Shown here one piece after another: positions 52,169 through 52,915 of a stretch of 52,915 nt of DNA. The first letter of the stretch is position 1. The number at the start of each line of letters is the position of its first letter. The notes under the pieces are model-generated. The model was not told the DNA's origin. It ran no database searches and worked only from the letters and a program-made list of their open reading frames with translations. Made by a program: the position numbers and the translations under genes. Origin of the DNA: Acidobacteriota bacterium (GTDB taxonomy: Bacteria; Acidobacteriota; Terriglobia; Terriglobales; Acidobacteriaceae); NCBI GenBank assembly GCA_019510535.1, contig JAEKKE010000156.1, positions 1-52,915 on the forward strand. The letters run 5' to 3'.

Positions 52169-52181
52169 TGCGTCTCTCTTC

Positions 52182-52706
52182 CTAACTCAGCTTGTCGGCG
52201 CAGGGCACTGCCTGCGCTGTCATCCAATGTGTGGCCGCATTCAGCTCGTTGAGGTAGCGGCCTTTTTCTTCGGGGTTGTTCATCGTCTCGCGCACCTGCT
52301 CCCCGGTGATTGCGCGAGCCTTGTAGTAGTGAACTGTTTTGAGGCCTGTCTCTGTCTCACCATTCAGCGGAAGTTCCGCTTCGGCGACCCAGTAGCCCCA
52401 GTAATGCAACGAAGCCTGAAGAGACTTCAGCTTTCCAGCCGTGTCGTAGTGGTACTCATACATCACGTCACGGTTGCGCTGAAAGCGGCGCAGCTTAACC
52501 CGCTCTACCATCGTCCCGCTCGACCAAATCTCTACGTAGGTTGTCCCCGCTTTTGGATCGATCAGCGGCGGGTACCTCTGAAGCTTCCACTCTGAAGGTG
52601 AGACCGGAACGCAGAAAAACGACTTCAGTGATTTCGGCTTTTCGCCTAAAAAGACGGCGGGGGTTAGGAAAAACACCACCGCCGTCTTTGTCAGGCTCCG
52701 AATCAC
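52182..52706 (-). CDS. Hypothetical protein between carA and carB
   Basis: GTG start overlapping the carA stop (GTGA), N-terminal hydrophobic stretch, ends 13 nt before carB. Confidence 0.6.
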   Translation of the reverse strand: MIRSLTKTAVVFFLTPAVFLGEKPKSLKSFFCVPVSPSEWKLQRYPPLIDPKAGTTYVEIWSSGTMVERVKLRRFQRNRDVMYEYHYDTAGKLKSLQASLHYWGYWVAEAELPLNGETETGLKTVHYYKARAITGEQVRETMNNPEEKGRYLNELNAATHWMTAQAVPCADKLS

Positions 52707-52915
52707 TTCTTCCACTCCTCCATCATCTTGCGGAAGTCCTGGAAGAGATAGTGCGAGTCGTGCGGCCCGGGACTTGCCTCCGGGTGATATTGCACGCTGA
52801 ACATCGGATCGGTCTTGTGCTTCAGGCCGGCAAGCGTATCGTCGTTCAGATTCACGTGAGTTACGGCGACGTCGGCGGGCAAGCTTGCCGGGTCGACGTT
52901 GAAGTTGTGATTCTG
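52703..52915 (-). CDS. carA: Carbamoyl-phosphate synthase small subunit, C-terminal part
   Basis: Manual translation gives QNHNFNVD...[20 protein letters not shown]...KK*. Confidence 0.96.
   Translation of the reverse strand, partial: QNHNFNVDPASLPADVAVTHVNLNDDTLAGLKHKTDPMFSVQYHPEASPGPHDSHYLFQDFRKMMEEWKK

Overview
A GC-rich, gene-dense bacterial chromosomal segment. Gene content, gene order and repeat types suggest Acidobacteriota (Terriglobus/Edaphobacter/Granulicella-like); this assignment is inference. Most of it is core genome: gap-pgk-tpiA, ribA, thiD/thiS, rlpA-pyrF, accA, dnaE, recN, a complete tol-pal-cpoB locus, carA(partial)-carB, an osmoprotectant ABC transporter and two D-xylonate catabolic dehydratases. 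I saw no rRNA, tRNA, CRISPR array, transposase or prophage. The best candidate for an undescribed system is at 1-5650: a porin plus monoheme cytochrome c operon converging on an OmpR-type regulator, histidine kinase, coiled-coil porin and type-1-copper cupredoxin operon, with a tandem operator upstream. Other points of interest: (1) two copies of a ~115-bp MITE-like element that supply the stop codons of three genes, (2) REP-like hairpins with compensatory base changes, (3) many apparently leaderless genes, (4) a probable CTG start for thiD, (5) a DapA-fold protein lacking its catalytic lysine, (6) a small basic zinc-ribbon protein, and (7) three genes that appear to carry in-frame internal deletions.
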